DNA of 64,000 nt. Source: Candidatus Nanopelagicales bacterium. Its GTDB lineage: Bacteria; Actinomycetota; Actinomycetes; S36-B12. Within the stretch, counting starts at the first letter, position 1. Every line of letters begins with the position of its first letter. A program made the position numbers and the translations under genes. Below are positions 27,204-36,615 of this stretch, piece after piece. Under the pieces are notes generated by a model. It was not told the DNA's origin, made no database searches, and saw only the letters and a list, made by a program, of their open reading frames with translations. The DNA lies in the NCBI GenBank assembly GCA_018609125.1, contig JABAYF010000024.1, positions 14,722 to 78,721 of the forward strand, in the 5' to 3' direction.

Positions 27204-28585
27204 GGCAGTTCCTGCCCGTCGATGGATACTTCAGGTACGACGTGCCGGCGCTCCACCGTGGTGGGCCAGTAAACGCCAACGGGAGCCGGGCTGCCGGGCA
27301 CCGCGGTGGGAAACATACCCGGGTAACTAGCCAGCGCCGCTTCCACCACGGGTGCAGTGAACGCCTTGGCTATTCGCTTCGGGTCTGCATCCTTGACCAC
27401 CAAGCGCAGATGGGATTGCGCCTGGGCGGTGCTAGCCGGATCCACAATCGCCGTGTCATCAAAATAGACAGCAAGTTCATCTACGTCGAGTGTGCTGAGT
27501 TTCGCTAGATCGGGCTGCGCAATGTCGGCTAAACCGATTCCGGCCAGCGTGTTCAAAATCAAATCGGCCTTTTCTGCGCGTTGCAGTCCGGTGAGCACCA
27601 GGCTCATCGAATTACGCATACCCCCAAGGTGCGTCGCAGCAACCTTGAGCGTGTCAGGGGGACCTTCTCCCACGCAACCGCTAATGCGAACACGATCAGG
27701 GGCCTCCTGCGATAACTCAATAGTGTTAAAACATGCTGTGGCATCTGGATTTGCATAACGCGGTGATCCGATTTCGTACAATAGCTGAGCGGTCACCGTG
27801 CCAACACTTACTAGACCATCAGTGTTGGCATGCTTGGTGATGACGCTTGAGCCATCAGCCGCCACCTCCGCGATGGGGAAACCCGGGTGCGCCATTCGAG
27901 GGATATCCGTGAAGAAGGAGTAATTGCCTCCGGTGACCTGGGTACCGCACTCAATGGCGTGTCCAGCCACGATGGCGCCTGCAATTGCATCGAAGTCAGT
28001 GCCGTAGTCCCAGACGTGCCACCAGGCCGCCGGGCCAATCGTAAGAGCGGCATCTGTTACCCGACCCGCGATAACAACATCTGCACCCGCGGCCAACGCC
28101 TTCGTAATGGGCTGACCGCCTAGATATGCATTCGCGGTAAGTAGTTGCACACCAGCGACTTCCAGCCTCTGTCCCGTGTCAAGATTTGTGAACTGCTCAC
28201 CAGCATCGCGAAGTTGATCCAGACGAGGTATCAGATCATCGCCGGACACCACGCCAATTTTCACGTTGAGCCCGTTGCTGTCAGCAAACTCGCGCAGTGC
28301 ATCTGCACATCCCTGGGGATCCAGGCCGCCAGCATTGCTCACCACTTTGATGCCCCGGTCCAGGCAGGTGGCCAGGTTTTGCTCCATCTGCGTAATGAAC
28401 GTGCGAGCGTAACCAGAGCCAGCCCCATGTTTCATGCGTTGCCGGGCCAAGATCAACATCGTAAGTTCGGCTAGCCAGTCTCCGGTTAAGACATCAATCG
28501 GGCCCCCCTCAACCATTTCAGTTGCGGCAGAGAGGCGATCACCAAAAAAACCTGAACAATTGGCGATGCGCACCGGACGTTTCAT
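27200..28585 (-). CDS. acyclic terpene utilisation AtuA family protein (DUF1446)
   Basis: 461 aa. N-terminal VRIANCSGFFGDR and overall DUF1446-like pattern, translationally coupled to the carboxylase alpha subunit. Confidence 0.7.
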   Translation of the reverse strand: MKRPVRIANCSGFFGDRLSAATEMVEGGPIDVLTGDWLAELTMLILARQRMKHGAGSGYARTFITQMEQNLATCLDRGIKVVSNAGGLDPQGCADALREFADSNGLNVKIGVVSGDDLIPRLDQLRDAGEQFTNLDTGQRLEVAGVQLLTANAYLGGQPITKALAAGADVVIAGRVTDAALTIGPAAWWHVWDYGTDFDAIAGAIVAGHAIECGTQVTGGNYSFFTDIPRMAHPGFPIAEVAADGSSVITKHANTDGLVSVGTVTAQLLYEIGSPRYANPDATACFNTIELSQEAPDRVRISGCVGEGPPDTLKVAATHLGGMRNSMSLVLTGLQRAEKADLILNTLAGIGLADIAQPDLAKLSTLDVDELAVYFDDTAIVDPASTAQAQSHLRLVVKDADPKRIAKAFTAPVVEAALASYPGMFPTAVPGSPAPVGVYWPTTVERRHVVPEVSIDGQELP

Positions 28586-30585
28586 TCGGCTGACTCATTG
28601 CCAATTGGCTCCACCAGATGAACCACCACCGTGTGTGCATCCACCGCCTCGCCAACAGTGACGAGTACGTCAGCCACCACCGCATCAGTCTCGGCCACCA
28701 CCCGATGCTCCATCTTCATGGCTTCCAGCACAACTAGACACTGTCCGGCCACTACATGGTCACCCGGTGCAACTTCAACCATCGTGATAGTTCCTGGCAC
28801 CGGTGTGCTCGGACCGGTCGCTGACGCGTCACCGCCGGAGTCGTCGTTGTAGCGCGGCATCACCCACCACTGAGTGGCAGCTGTACCGTCAACGATGCTC
28901 ACCCACCCACCGACATTATCGATGTGCAAATGGTGGGTGACACCCTTGCAGGTCAGGGATAGTGAACTTGTTGGCGAAGTGGAAAGCGACGCATCTAGTT
29001 CGATCACACTGTATTTATGAGGGTCACCATCATCGACTTTTGCCGTCACACCGTCGCGGCACCAGGTGAGCGACACGATGTACTTAGCCTGGCGGTCCGG
29101 CGTTGCGAACGTATGGATCTCACCGAGTGCCGGCACATTTCGCCATCCGGTAGGAACATCACCGACGGGCGTGCGACTGATGGCGGCCGCAACAAGGTGT
29201 CGATCCAGCGACGTTGCATCTAGCCCTGAGGTCAATAATTCTGGATGTAGGTCGAGAAAGTTTGTTGGGGTGTCTCCCGCAATAAAGTCTGCGCAGGTCA
29301 AAATTGAAATTAGGGATTCACGATTTGTAGTGAGGCCAGCGATACTGCTTCGACGCAGTGCATCGGCTAGAACGGCAGCCGCTGTGACGCGGTCGCTCTC
29401 ATGTGCGATGACCTTGGCGAGCATCGGGTCGTAGTAGGCGGAGATCTCACTGCCTGACTCCACGCCGGAGTCGGTACGCACAGCCGGATCAATTCGGAAG
29501 ACTTCAAGCGTGCCGGTATTAGGTAGATAGCCACGCGCAGGATCTTCGGCGTAAAGGCGCACCTCAATGGTATGACCGTACCGGTGAATATCGTTCTGGT
29601 GCAGCGGTAATTCCTCACCGCGAGCAATGCGAATCTGCCACTCCACCAGATCGAGTCCGGTGAGAGCCTCGGTTACGGGGTGTTCAACCTGGAGGCGTGT
29701 ATTCATCTCGAGAAAGTAAAACTCTTGGCCTGCAGCGTCTTCGGTCACGAGAAACTCAACCGTGCCGGCACCCACATAATCGATCGACCTGGTCAGCGAT
29801 GTCGCGGCTGAATACATGGCTTCAGCTGTTTCAGTGTGCAGTGCCGGTGCCGGTGCCTCCTCGACGATTTTTTGATGTCGTCGTTGAATCGAGCACTCAC
29901 GCTCAAACAGGTGAACGATGTTGCCGTGCGCATCGCCGAAGACCTGTACCTCAATATGGCGAGAGCCCGACAGATACCGCTCCAGGAAAACAGTGGGGTC
30001 ACCAAAGGCGCTTTGGGCTTCACGCCGAGCCGCACTAACGGCTTCGACCACCTCACTTGCCGACTTCACACTGCGCATTCCCTTGCCACCACCACCGGCA
30101 CTGGCCTTGACCAGCAGTGGATACCCAACCTGGTCACAAGTTGCGATAATTTCACTATCGGTGGCAGAAATGGCGAGTTCAGCGCCAGGGACTAGCGGTA
30201 TGCGTGCCTGGGCCGCGAGCTTCTTGGCCTGGACCTTTAAGGCCATCGATCGGATCGCTGCCGGTGGCGGCCCAATCCAAGTGAAGCCGGCGGCCACTAC
30301 CGCTTCGGCGAATGCTGGGTTCTCGGAGAGGAAGCCGTACCCGGGATGAATGGCGTCGGCACCACTTCTGCGTGCCGCATCAATAATCAGGTCGACGTTG
30401 AGGTACGTCTGTGCACTGGTGTTCCCAGGAAGTTCGACGCTGATGTCAGCCTCGCGCACGAAGGATGCTTGAGCGTCCACCTCGGAGTGCACGGCGACGG
30501 TTTGAATGCCCAAGCGACGTGCAGTACGGAACACACGACGTGTGATTTCACCACGGTTGGCTACCAGGATTCTATTGATCATCAT
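28582..30585 (-). CDS. acyl-CoA carboxylase alpha subunit (biotin carboxylase + BCCP), methylcrotonyl/geranyl-CoA carboxylase-like
   Basis: Start trimmed to ATG 30585 (MMINRILVANRGEI). ATP-grasp motifs and C-terminal biotinyl site EAMKME. Confidence 0.9.
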   Translation of the reverse strand: MMINRILVANRGEITRRVFRTARRLGIQTVAVHSEVDAQASFVREADISVELPGNTSAQTYLNVDLIIDAARRSGADAIHPGYGFLSENPAFAEAVVAAGFTWIGPPPAAIRSMALKVQAKKLAAQARIPLVPGAELAISATDSEIIATCDQVGYPLLVKASAGGGGKGMRSVKSASEVVEAVSAARREAQSAFGDPTVFLERYLSGSRHIEVQVFGDAHGNIVHLFERECSIQRRHQKIVEEAPAPALHTETAEAMYSAATSLTRSIDYVGAGTVEFLVTEDAAGQEFYFLEMNTRLQVEHPVTEALTGLDLVEWQIRIARGEELPLHQNDIHRYGHTIEVRLYAEDPARGYLPNTGTLEVFRIDPAVRTDSGVESGSEISAYYDPMLAKVIAHESDRVTAAAVLADALRRSSIAGLTTNRESLISILTCADFIAGDTPTNFLDLHPELLTSGLDATSLDRHLVAAAISRTPVGDVPTGWRNVPALGEIHTFATPDRQAKYIVSLTWCRDGVTAKVDDGDPHKYSVIELDASLSTSPTSSLSLTCKGVTHHLHIDNVGGWVSIVDGTAATQWWVMPRYNDDSGGDASATGPSTPVPGTITMVEVAPGDHVVAGQCLVVLEAMKMEHRVVAETDAVVADVLVTVGEAVDAHTVVVHLVEPIGNESAE

Positions 30586-30587
30586 CG

Positions 30588-32207
30588 TCACATCCGGAAT
30601 ACACCGAAGGAATCGGTGCCTTGAACTGGTGTGTTGTGCACAGCGGATAGGGCCATGGTGAGTGCGGTTCGTGTATCGCGCGGATCGATGATGCCGTCGT
30701 CCCACAACCGACCGGTTGCGTACAGCGCCGTCGACTGACTCTCCACCTGCGCTTGGAAAGCATCGCGCAGCGGAGCAAACGCTGCCTCGTCAAACACAAC
30801 ACCGGCTGCTTCTGACTTTTGCCGAGCCACGATGGTGAGAACTCCAGCGAGTTGTTTTGGTCCCATCACGGCGATCCGATGATTGGGCCAGGTGAAAACG
30901 AACCGCGGGTCATAGGCCCGCCCGGACATGCCGTAATTGCCCGCGCCGTATGAGGCGCCCATCATCAAGGTCAGATGCGCAACGGTGGAATTACTGACCG
31001 CGTTAATGAGTTTGGCACCGTCTTTAATGATGCCGCCCTGCTCGTACTGGGTACCCACCATGAAACCGGTGATGTTTTGGGCAAACAGAATCGGCACGTT
31101 CATGCGATTGCACAGTTGAATGAACTGGGCCCCCTTGTGGCTTTCTTCGCTAAAGAGGATGCCGTTATTGGCCAGTACACCGATGGGATAGCCGCCCACC
31201 TGCCCCCAGCCGGTCACCAGCGTTGAGCCGTAAAGGGGTTTGAACTGTTCAAATTCGCTGCCATCAAGAATTCGTGCGAGTACTTCTCGGGCCTCAAAGG
31301 GATGGCGCACATCGGCGCTGGCGATGCCGAGCAGTTCCTCGATCGGGTAGATAGGAGCACTGGACGCAAGCGGTCGATTCTGATTGGGGTGAGAGAAGTG
31401 TAGGTGGGCCACGATGTCTCGCCCGATGCGCAGGGCATCGGCCTCGTCGTTGGCGAGGTAGTCCGCCAGACCAGAGGTGCGCGCGTGCATAGCCGCTCCA
31501 CCGAGTGACTCTTCGTCGGCGTCTTCGTCAATCGCCATCTTTACTAGTGGCGGCCCACCGAGATACACGCGTGCGGCATCTTTAACCAAGACGACGTAGT
31601 CGCTCATGCCGGGCACATACGCACCACCCGCCGTGCTACTACCAAAAACGAGTGTGACGGTTGGAATTCCGGCGGCCGAGAGTTGGGTTAGGTTGCGAAA
31701 ACTGGCACCGCCGGGCACAAAAATCTCAGCCTGTTTCGGCAGATCTGCACCTCCTGATTCGGTGAGATTGACCAGTGGTAGGCGATTTTCACGAGCAATA
31801 TCCATGGCCCGCAACCCTTTAGCCACGGCACTGGGGCCCTGTGCGCCACCCTTTACGGTGGGATCATTGGCAACGACCATAACGTCGCGCCCGTGTACGC
31901 GGCCGATTCCTGAGACAACCCCCGCACCTAGCGGGTCGTCGGTACCCCACCCGGCGAGAGGGCTTAGTTCCAAAAAGGGGGAGCCCACGTCGAGCAAGCC
32001 GTTGATGCGTTCGCGCGGCAGCATCTTTCCGCGGCCGCGATGACGAGCGACGGAGCGGGCATTTTTGGCGGGATCATTGCTGCCACCACCACCCACCACG
32101 CGGGCAGTGAGCTCATCGATTTCGGCGAGGGCAGCGAGCATGAGATCGCGATTAGCCGTGAACACCTCATCGGCAGGGTCGATGCGTGAGCGCAGGACCG
32201 GGGCCAT
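30588..32207 (-). CDS. acyl-CoA carboxylase beta subunit (carboxyltransferase), MCCase/GCCase-like
   Basis: 539 aa carboxyl-transferase pattern (two crotonase-like halves, GGAYVPGMSD, GASYGAGNYGM). First gene of the operon. Confidence 0.9.
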   Translation of the reverse strand: MAPVLRSRIDPADEVFTANRDLMLAALAEIDELTARVVGGGGSNDPAKNARSVARHRGRGKMLPRERINGLLDVGSPFLELSPLAGWGTDDPLGAGVVSGIGRVHGRDVMVVANDPTVKGGAQGPSAVAKGLRAMDIARENRLPLVNLTESGGADLPKQAEIFVPGGASFRNLTQLSAAGIPTVTLVFGSSTAGGAYVPGMSDYVVLVKDAARVYLGGPPLVKMAIDEDADEESLGGAAMHARTSGLADYLANDEADALRIGRDIVAHLHFSHPNQNRPLASSAPIYPIEELLGIASADVRHPFEAREVLARILDGSEFEQFKPLYGSTLVTGWGQVGGYPIGVLANNGILFSEESHKGAQFIQLCNRMNVPILFAQNITGFMVGTQYEQGGIIKDGAKLINAVSNSTVAHLTLMMGASYGAGNYGMSGRAYDPRFVFTWPNHRIAVMGPKQLAGVLTIVARQKSEAAGVVFDEAAFAPLRDAFQAQVESQSTALYATGRLWDDGIIDPRDTRTALTMALSAVHNTPVQGTDSFGVFRM

Positions 32208-32211
32208 GAAG

Positions 32212-32244
32212 TTGACATTAATGTCAAGTTGACAGCCATGTCAA
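32212..32244. promoter_or_regulatory. two adjacent 16-bp palindromes TTGACA-N4-TGTCAA (probable TetR operators) overlapping a -35/-10 pair
   Basis: TTGACATTAATGTCAA at 32212-32227 and TTGACAGCCATGTCAA at 32229-32244. The minus strand reads TTGACA - 18 nt - TAATGT - 7 nt - ATG of the carboxyltransferase. Confidence 0.6.
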
Positions 32245-32288
32245 GTAATTCGTGCCCGCGCCTGCCCTCACGGTGGCAGGATAGGGGC

Positions 32289-32552
32289 ATGACCGCTGAT
32301 GAGCTCTCTACCTGGACCCACGCAGCAAAGACGGCGCTAGACACTCAGTTCAACCTCACGATCCCCGAAGTGGATGTGCAACTACTCCTCGACATCGCCC
32401 GTGATGCCGCCCACGCCGTGGATCGACCCGCAGCGCCCATTACGACCTACCTGCTCGGTTACGCCGTGGGCCAAGGAGCCGACCCGCAAGCCGCCGCCAC
32501 CTCACTTCGCCACCTCGCTGGGGAGTGGGATCTGGGTTTGCACCGGGAGTAG
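32289..32552 (+). CDS. DUF6457-like small protein (molybdopterin-locus associated)
   Basis: Start trimmed to ATG 32289 (AGGATAGGGG upstream), 87 aa. Family assignment is from memory of the motif LLLDIARDAAH...TTYLLG. Confidence 0.6.
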   Translation: MTADELSTWTHAAKTALDTQFNLTIPEVDVQLLLDIARDAAHAVDRPAAPITTYLLGYAVGQGADPQAAATSLRHLAGEWDLGLHRE

Positions 32553-32567
32553 TGGCAGGCTGTATCC

Positions 32568-33809
32568 GTGACAACAACGCCCGCGCTCCCGTGGCATACC
32601 GCCCGCCGAGTCGCCGCTTCAGCGCAGGCAGCACTACCCCCCACCGCCGCGCACATCGCCGAATCCATCGACTGCATCCTGCATGAACCTTTAGTCGCCC
32701 TGAGCGATTTACCCGCATTCGCCGCTGCTGCAATGGATGGTTTCGCGGTCAGCGAGAACGGTCCCTGGCTCATTACCGGTGAACAGGTACTGGCCGGTCG
32801 AAGTGAACTTTCACCCCTCGCCGCAGGTCAGGCCGCAGCCATTGCCACCGGAGCACTGCTACCCATCGGCACTACGGCTGTACTGCGTTTCGAGGATGGT
32901 GTGGTGGAAGGGGCCCTGCACGGGCAGCGACTTTTCCGTCGCGACCCGCTCACCGGGTTAGCAGATGATGCCAGCCCAGCTCTGCCCTCCGGAACGGACA
33001 TCCGCCCGCAGGGTGAGGAGTGCCGCATCGGCGACACACTCGTGCCGGCTGGTCGACTCGTGACTCCCGGCGTCATGGGCTTGGCCGCAGCTGCCGGATA
33101 CGACGAACTCAGCGTGATTCCGCCGCCGACCGTGGCCGTATTGGTCATGGGCGATGAACTCCTCGATCGCGGTCTCCCCCGACCGGGACGCCCACGCGAT
33201 GCCCTCGGACCACTCCTCCCCGCCTGGCTCGCCGGGCTTGGCGCTCGGGCACACCCCCCCATTCGCGTTCCCGATTCACTACCGGCACTTTTAGCTGAAA
33301 TTGACGATGCCAATGTTGACGTCATCGTCACGACCGGATCCACCGCACACGGGCCGGTAGACCATCTCCACGCTGCCCTTGATCAACTCGGTGCACGCTG
33401 GATCATCGACGGAGTTGATGTTCGGCCCGGCCATCCGATGTTGCTGGCACAGCTGCCCGACGGGCGCCCCCTCATCGGACTGCCCGGCAATCCACTGGCG
33501 GCCGCCTCCGGCATCGTCACGATCGCCGCCCCGCTCATCGCGGCTATGCGCGGCATCACATCGGGCACCATGGGCATTGACGCGATTTTGGCCGATGACA
33601 TCACTGCACACCCACACGATGTTCGCCTGGTTCCCGTCGCCATCGACTATGGCGAGATCACCGTGAGCGCTCGGCCACTGCGATTCGCCGGGCCAGCCAT
33701 GCTTCGCGGCCTCGCCCTCGCCGATGGCTTCGCTGTGATCGAACCAGGCACCGGTCAACGCGGCACATCCGTTGAGGTGCTGGTTAATCCCACTCAATCT
33801 CGAGCATGA
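32568..33809 (+). CDS. moeA: molybdopterin molybdotransferase MoeA
   Basis: 413 aa with AMDGFAV, an MPT-binding core (VVTTGSTAHG) and MoeA domain order. Confidence 0.85.
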   Translation: MTTTPALPWHTARRVAASAQAALPPTAAHIAESIDCILHEPLVALSDLPAFAAAAMDGFAVSENGPWLITGEQVLAGRSELSPLAAGQAAAIATGALLPIGTTAVLRFEDGVVEGALHGQRLFRRDPLTGLADDASPALPSGTDIRPQGEECRIGDTLVPAGRLVTPGVMGLAAAAGYDELSVIPPPTVAVLVMGDELLDRGLPRPGRPRDALGPLLPAWLAGLGARAHPPIRVPDSLPALLAEIDDANVDVIVTTGSTAHGPVDHLHAALDQLGARWIIDGVDVRPGHPMLLAQLPDGRPLIGLPGNPLAAASGIVTIAAPLIAAMRGITSGTMGIDAILADDITAHPHDVRLVPVAIDYGEITVSARPLRFAGPAMLRGLALADGFAVIEPGTGQRGTSVEVLVNPTQSRA

Positions 33810-33827
33810 GGGGTAGCGTCACCACTC

Positions 33828-34901
33828 GTGGCACGTAACTGGATCCCGGATCGATTTAGAGCAGACATCACCGAGGAAGAAGAAGCTTCCCTGATCAACC
33901 TGCCCGCGCGTGACGTAACGCCGGTGCTTCAGATCATGCTTCGCATCGGTATCGCCCTCGCCGCTTTGGTCGTTACTGCTCTTATCGTGTTCGCTGAGCG
34001 AGGCTGCTACGCCGACCGCGGAGTGACCGGCACGTTGACTTTCGTTGACGCGCTCTACTACGCGGCTGTCAGCCTGTCGACCACCGGCTATGGCGATATT
34101 GCGCCCGTATGTGAGTCCGCACGTTTGGTTAACGTCGTCGTCATCACCCCGCTGCGGTTTCTCTTTCTGATCGTGCTCATCGGCACCACCGTTGAAGTAC
34201 TCACCACCCGCACGCGGTTGAACTACCGTCGCAAAATTTGGAGGAAAAAGGTGCACGAGCACACAGTGATCATCGGTTTTGGTGTTAAGGGTCGCTCTGC
34301 TGCTCGCAAGCTGATCGACAACGGAATCGCGAAATCACAAATCGTTGTCGTTACCCCGGACACTCCCGGCATCGGTGATGCCAAACGCATGGGCTTGGTG
34401 GGCATCTTGGGTGATGGCCGCAGGGAGGAAATTCTAGAAGAAGCCGGGGTGGCCCGCGCCAAGCAGGTGATCGTGGCGACAAATGAAGACGACACCTCGA
34501 TTCTGGTCACCCTCACCGCTCGACGTCTGTCTACCGAGGTTGAAATTGTTGCCTCGGTTCGCGAGGGTCACAATGCTTCGATCCTGCGCCAATCGGGGGC
34601 AAACAACGTGATTCCAACGGCAGAATCTGCCGGCAGCCTGATGGCGCTATCGCTGATTTCACCCGAGGCCGGTGATCTGATGGAAGACCTCTTGGACTCC
34701 AATCGAGGGTTGGAAATCGTGCAACGGCCCATCACTAAGGATGAGCTTGGTATCACGCCCACGGAGGTCAACTCCACAGGCGAAATTGTCTTGGCGGTCA
34801 TTCGCGGTGGCACGGTAAGCCGGCTGAACAGCCCACCCATTCGTCTTCTTGAAAAAGAAGATCACCTGGTGGTCATTCGCGATGCCCCGCCGCGGCCCTA
34901 A
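33828..34901 (+). CDS. potassium channel protein with RCK/TrkA-N domains
   Basis: Two-TM pore with selectivity filter TTGYGD, followed by Rossmann-type VIIGFGVKGR and a C-terminal RCK region. Confidence 0.9.
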   Translation: MARNWIPDRFRADITEEEEASLINLPARDVTPVLQIMLRIGIALAALVVTALIVFAERGCYADRGVTGTLTFVDALYYAAVSLSTTGYGDIAPVCESARLVNVVVITPLRFLFLIVLIGTTVEVLTTRTRLNYRRKIWRKKVHEHTVIIGFGVKGRSAARKLIDNGIAKSQIVVVTPDTPGIGDAKRMGLVGILGDGRREEILEEAGVARAKQVIVATNEDDTSILVTLTARRLSTEVEIVASVREGHNASILRQSGANNVIPTAESAGSLMALSLISPEAGDLMEDLLDSNRGLEIVQRPITKDELGITPTEVNSTGEIVLAVIRGGTVSRLNSPPIRLLEKEDHLVVIRDAPPRP

Positions 34902-34937
34902 TCGCATCAGCAAGCAATCCCTCGATAGGCTCAATGA

Positions 34938-35930
34938 ATGCACGCCATTGTGGTTGCGACCACGCCCGAACCCGACCTGCCCACCGCGCAAAGTTTGATT
35001 TGGGATGAGGTCAACGACCTTGTACCTGGTCCTGGCGAGGTGCTCGTCAACGTGGCCGCTGCCGGAGTGAACCGAGCCGATCTCTTGCAACGACAGGGTC
35101 TCTACCCGCCACCACCGGGAGCATCGCAGATCATCGGAATGGAATGTTCTGGCACGGTAAGTGCTGTTGGCGAGGGCGTATCGACGTTGTCGATCGGTGA
35201 AGAAGTGTGCTGCCTGCTCTCCGGTGGCGGCTATGCCGAACAGGTCGTGGTGCCCGTTGGGCATTGCCTGCCCATTCCCGCTGGAGTCACTCTTGTGGAT
35301 GCTGCCGGCCTCGTCGAGGTTGCCTGCACCGTGTGGTCAAACCTGGTCATGGTGGGTCGATTGGAACGCGGCGAAACTTTGCTGGTGCACGGTGGTGGCA
35401 GTGGCGTGGGAACCATGGCCATTCAGATCGGTCGACTCCTCGGCGCTCAGGTTGCCGTCACCGCCGGGTCGGCCGCAAAACTCACCACCTGCAGCGAACT
35501 CGGTGCCGACATCTGCATCAACTATCGCGAACAAGACTTCGTTGAAGTTCTCAAGACTGAGACAGCCGGACACGGCACTGATGTGATCTTGGACAATATG
35601 GGGGCAAAGTATCTGCAGCGCAACATTTCAGCACTTGCTCGCGATGGCCGACTCATCGTGATCGGGATGCAAGGTGGGGTAAAAGCGGAGATAGACCTGT
35701 CTCAACTGCTGCGCAAGAACGCATCGGTCCAGGCAACCGGTCTGCGTGGGCGGCCCACTGGTGAGAAAGCCGCCATCTGCGAAGCCGTTGTCAAACATGT
35801 GTGGCCATGGGTCGAGGCCGGTCTGGTGCGTCCGGTGATCGACCGCACGCTGCCCATCACCGACGCTGCAACGGCGCACCAACTTCTCCAGGACGGTCAG
35901 GCCACCGGAAAGATCGTCCTGACCATTTAG
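34938..35930 (+). CDS. NAD(P)H:quinone oxidoreductase (MDR/zeta-crystallin family)
   Basis: 330 aa with the PIG3/Qor-like pattern (GVNRADLLQRQGLYPPPPG, VHGGGSGVG). Confidence 0.85.
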   Translation: MHAIVVATTPEPDLPTAQSLIWDEVNDLVPGPGEVLVNVAAAGVNRADLLQRQGLYPPPPGASQIIGMECSGTVSAVGEGVSTLSIGEEVCCLLSGGGYAEQVVVPVGHCLPIPAGVTLVDAAGLVEVACTVWSNLVMVGRLERGETLLVHGGGSGVGTMAIQIGRLLGAQVAVTAGSAAKLTTCSELGADICINYREQDFVEVLKTETAGHGTDVILDNMGAKYLQRNISALARDGRLIVIGMQGGVKAEIDLSQLLRKNASVQATGLRGRPTGEKAAICEAVVKHVWPWVEAGLVRPVIDRTLPITDAATAHQLLQDGQATGKIVLTI

Positions 35931-36457
35931 GCGCTGCTCTGGTCACTCACAACAGGCCGCGGCAGAGCTGAAATCCGCTGCACCAGATACGGCGAAAACC
36001 ATCCCGCGTAACGTTGTTGAAGTTCTGGTGAGCGCCAATCTGCACCGGTCACAACTTCACGACAGTTCCCAGACGCACAAAGGCAGGGAAACTCGTCGTA
36101 GTCGCTGGCGTCGCACATGGCGTAATCAAAGGTCAACTCTTCACCGGCTGGGATGTCACGCATGGCAACAAGGAGCTGGGATCCGGAAAGCCCGCAGTTG
36201 GGTTCGCACGAGTGGTTGAGCATGTCGCCAGCCTCAGGCGTTGGCGCTGAAACCAGGTAGAGATCGGTATCAATCTGAATAGACCGACTCTGTCGATCGT
36301 GGGAGAGATCGGTGAGCATGGCTGCGGTCATGACCCAACCACCAAAGCAGGCTACCGTTTCACCACGCATGATGTGCTCCTGCGCAAAGGACCCCCACCC
36401 CTTTTGACCAGCCGGTCGTGCCTGCGCCTTAGGTGTCAACCAGTTGTAGTCAGACAT
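35927..36457 (-). CDS. SET domain-containing protein (putative protein-lysine methyltransferase)
   Basis: [17 protein letters not shown] and a post-SET-like CLCASGNC cluster. 176 aa. Confidence 0.8.
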   Translation of the reverse strand: MSDYNWLTPKAQARPAGQKGWGSFAQEHIMRGETVACFGGWVMTAAMLTDLSHDRQSRSIQIDTDLYLVSAPTPEAGDMLNHSCEPNCGLSGSQLLVAMRDIPAGEELTFDYAMCDASDYDEFPCLCASGNCREVVTGADWRSPELQQRYAGWFSPYLVQRISALPRPVVSDQSSA

Positions 36458-36615
36458 CGACGAACCTTTCCGCTCACGCCCGGCCTCAGTCCAGGCAAAC
36501 AGTCCCCGATTGTGTCACGTCACGAGCACGTTGCCGAAGCAAGGCCGCCAACTTCACCCTCTTGGCCCGCCCGGCGGTGGATTCGGTCCTGGGAACGCAT
36601 AATCTAGCCTCCACC

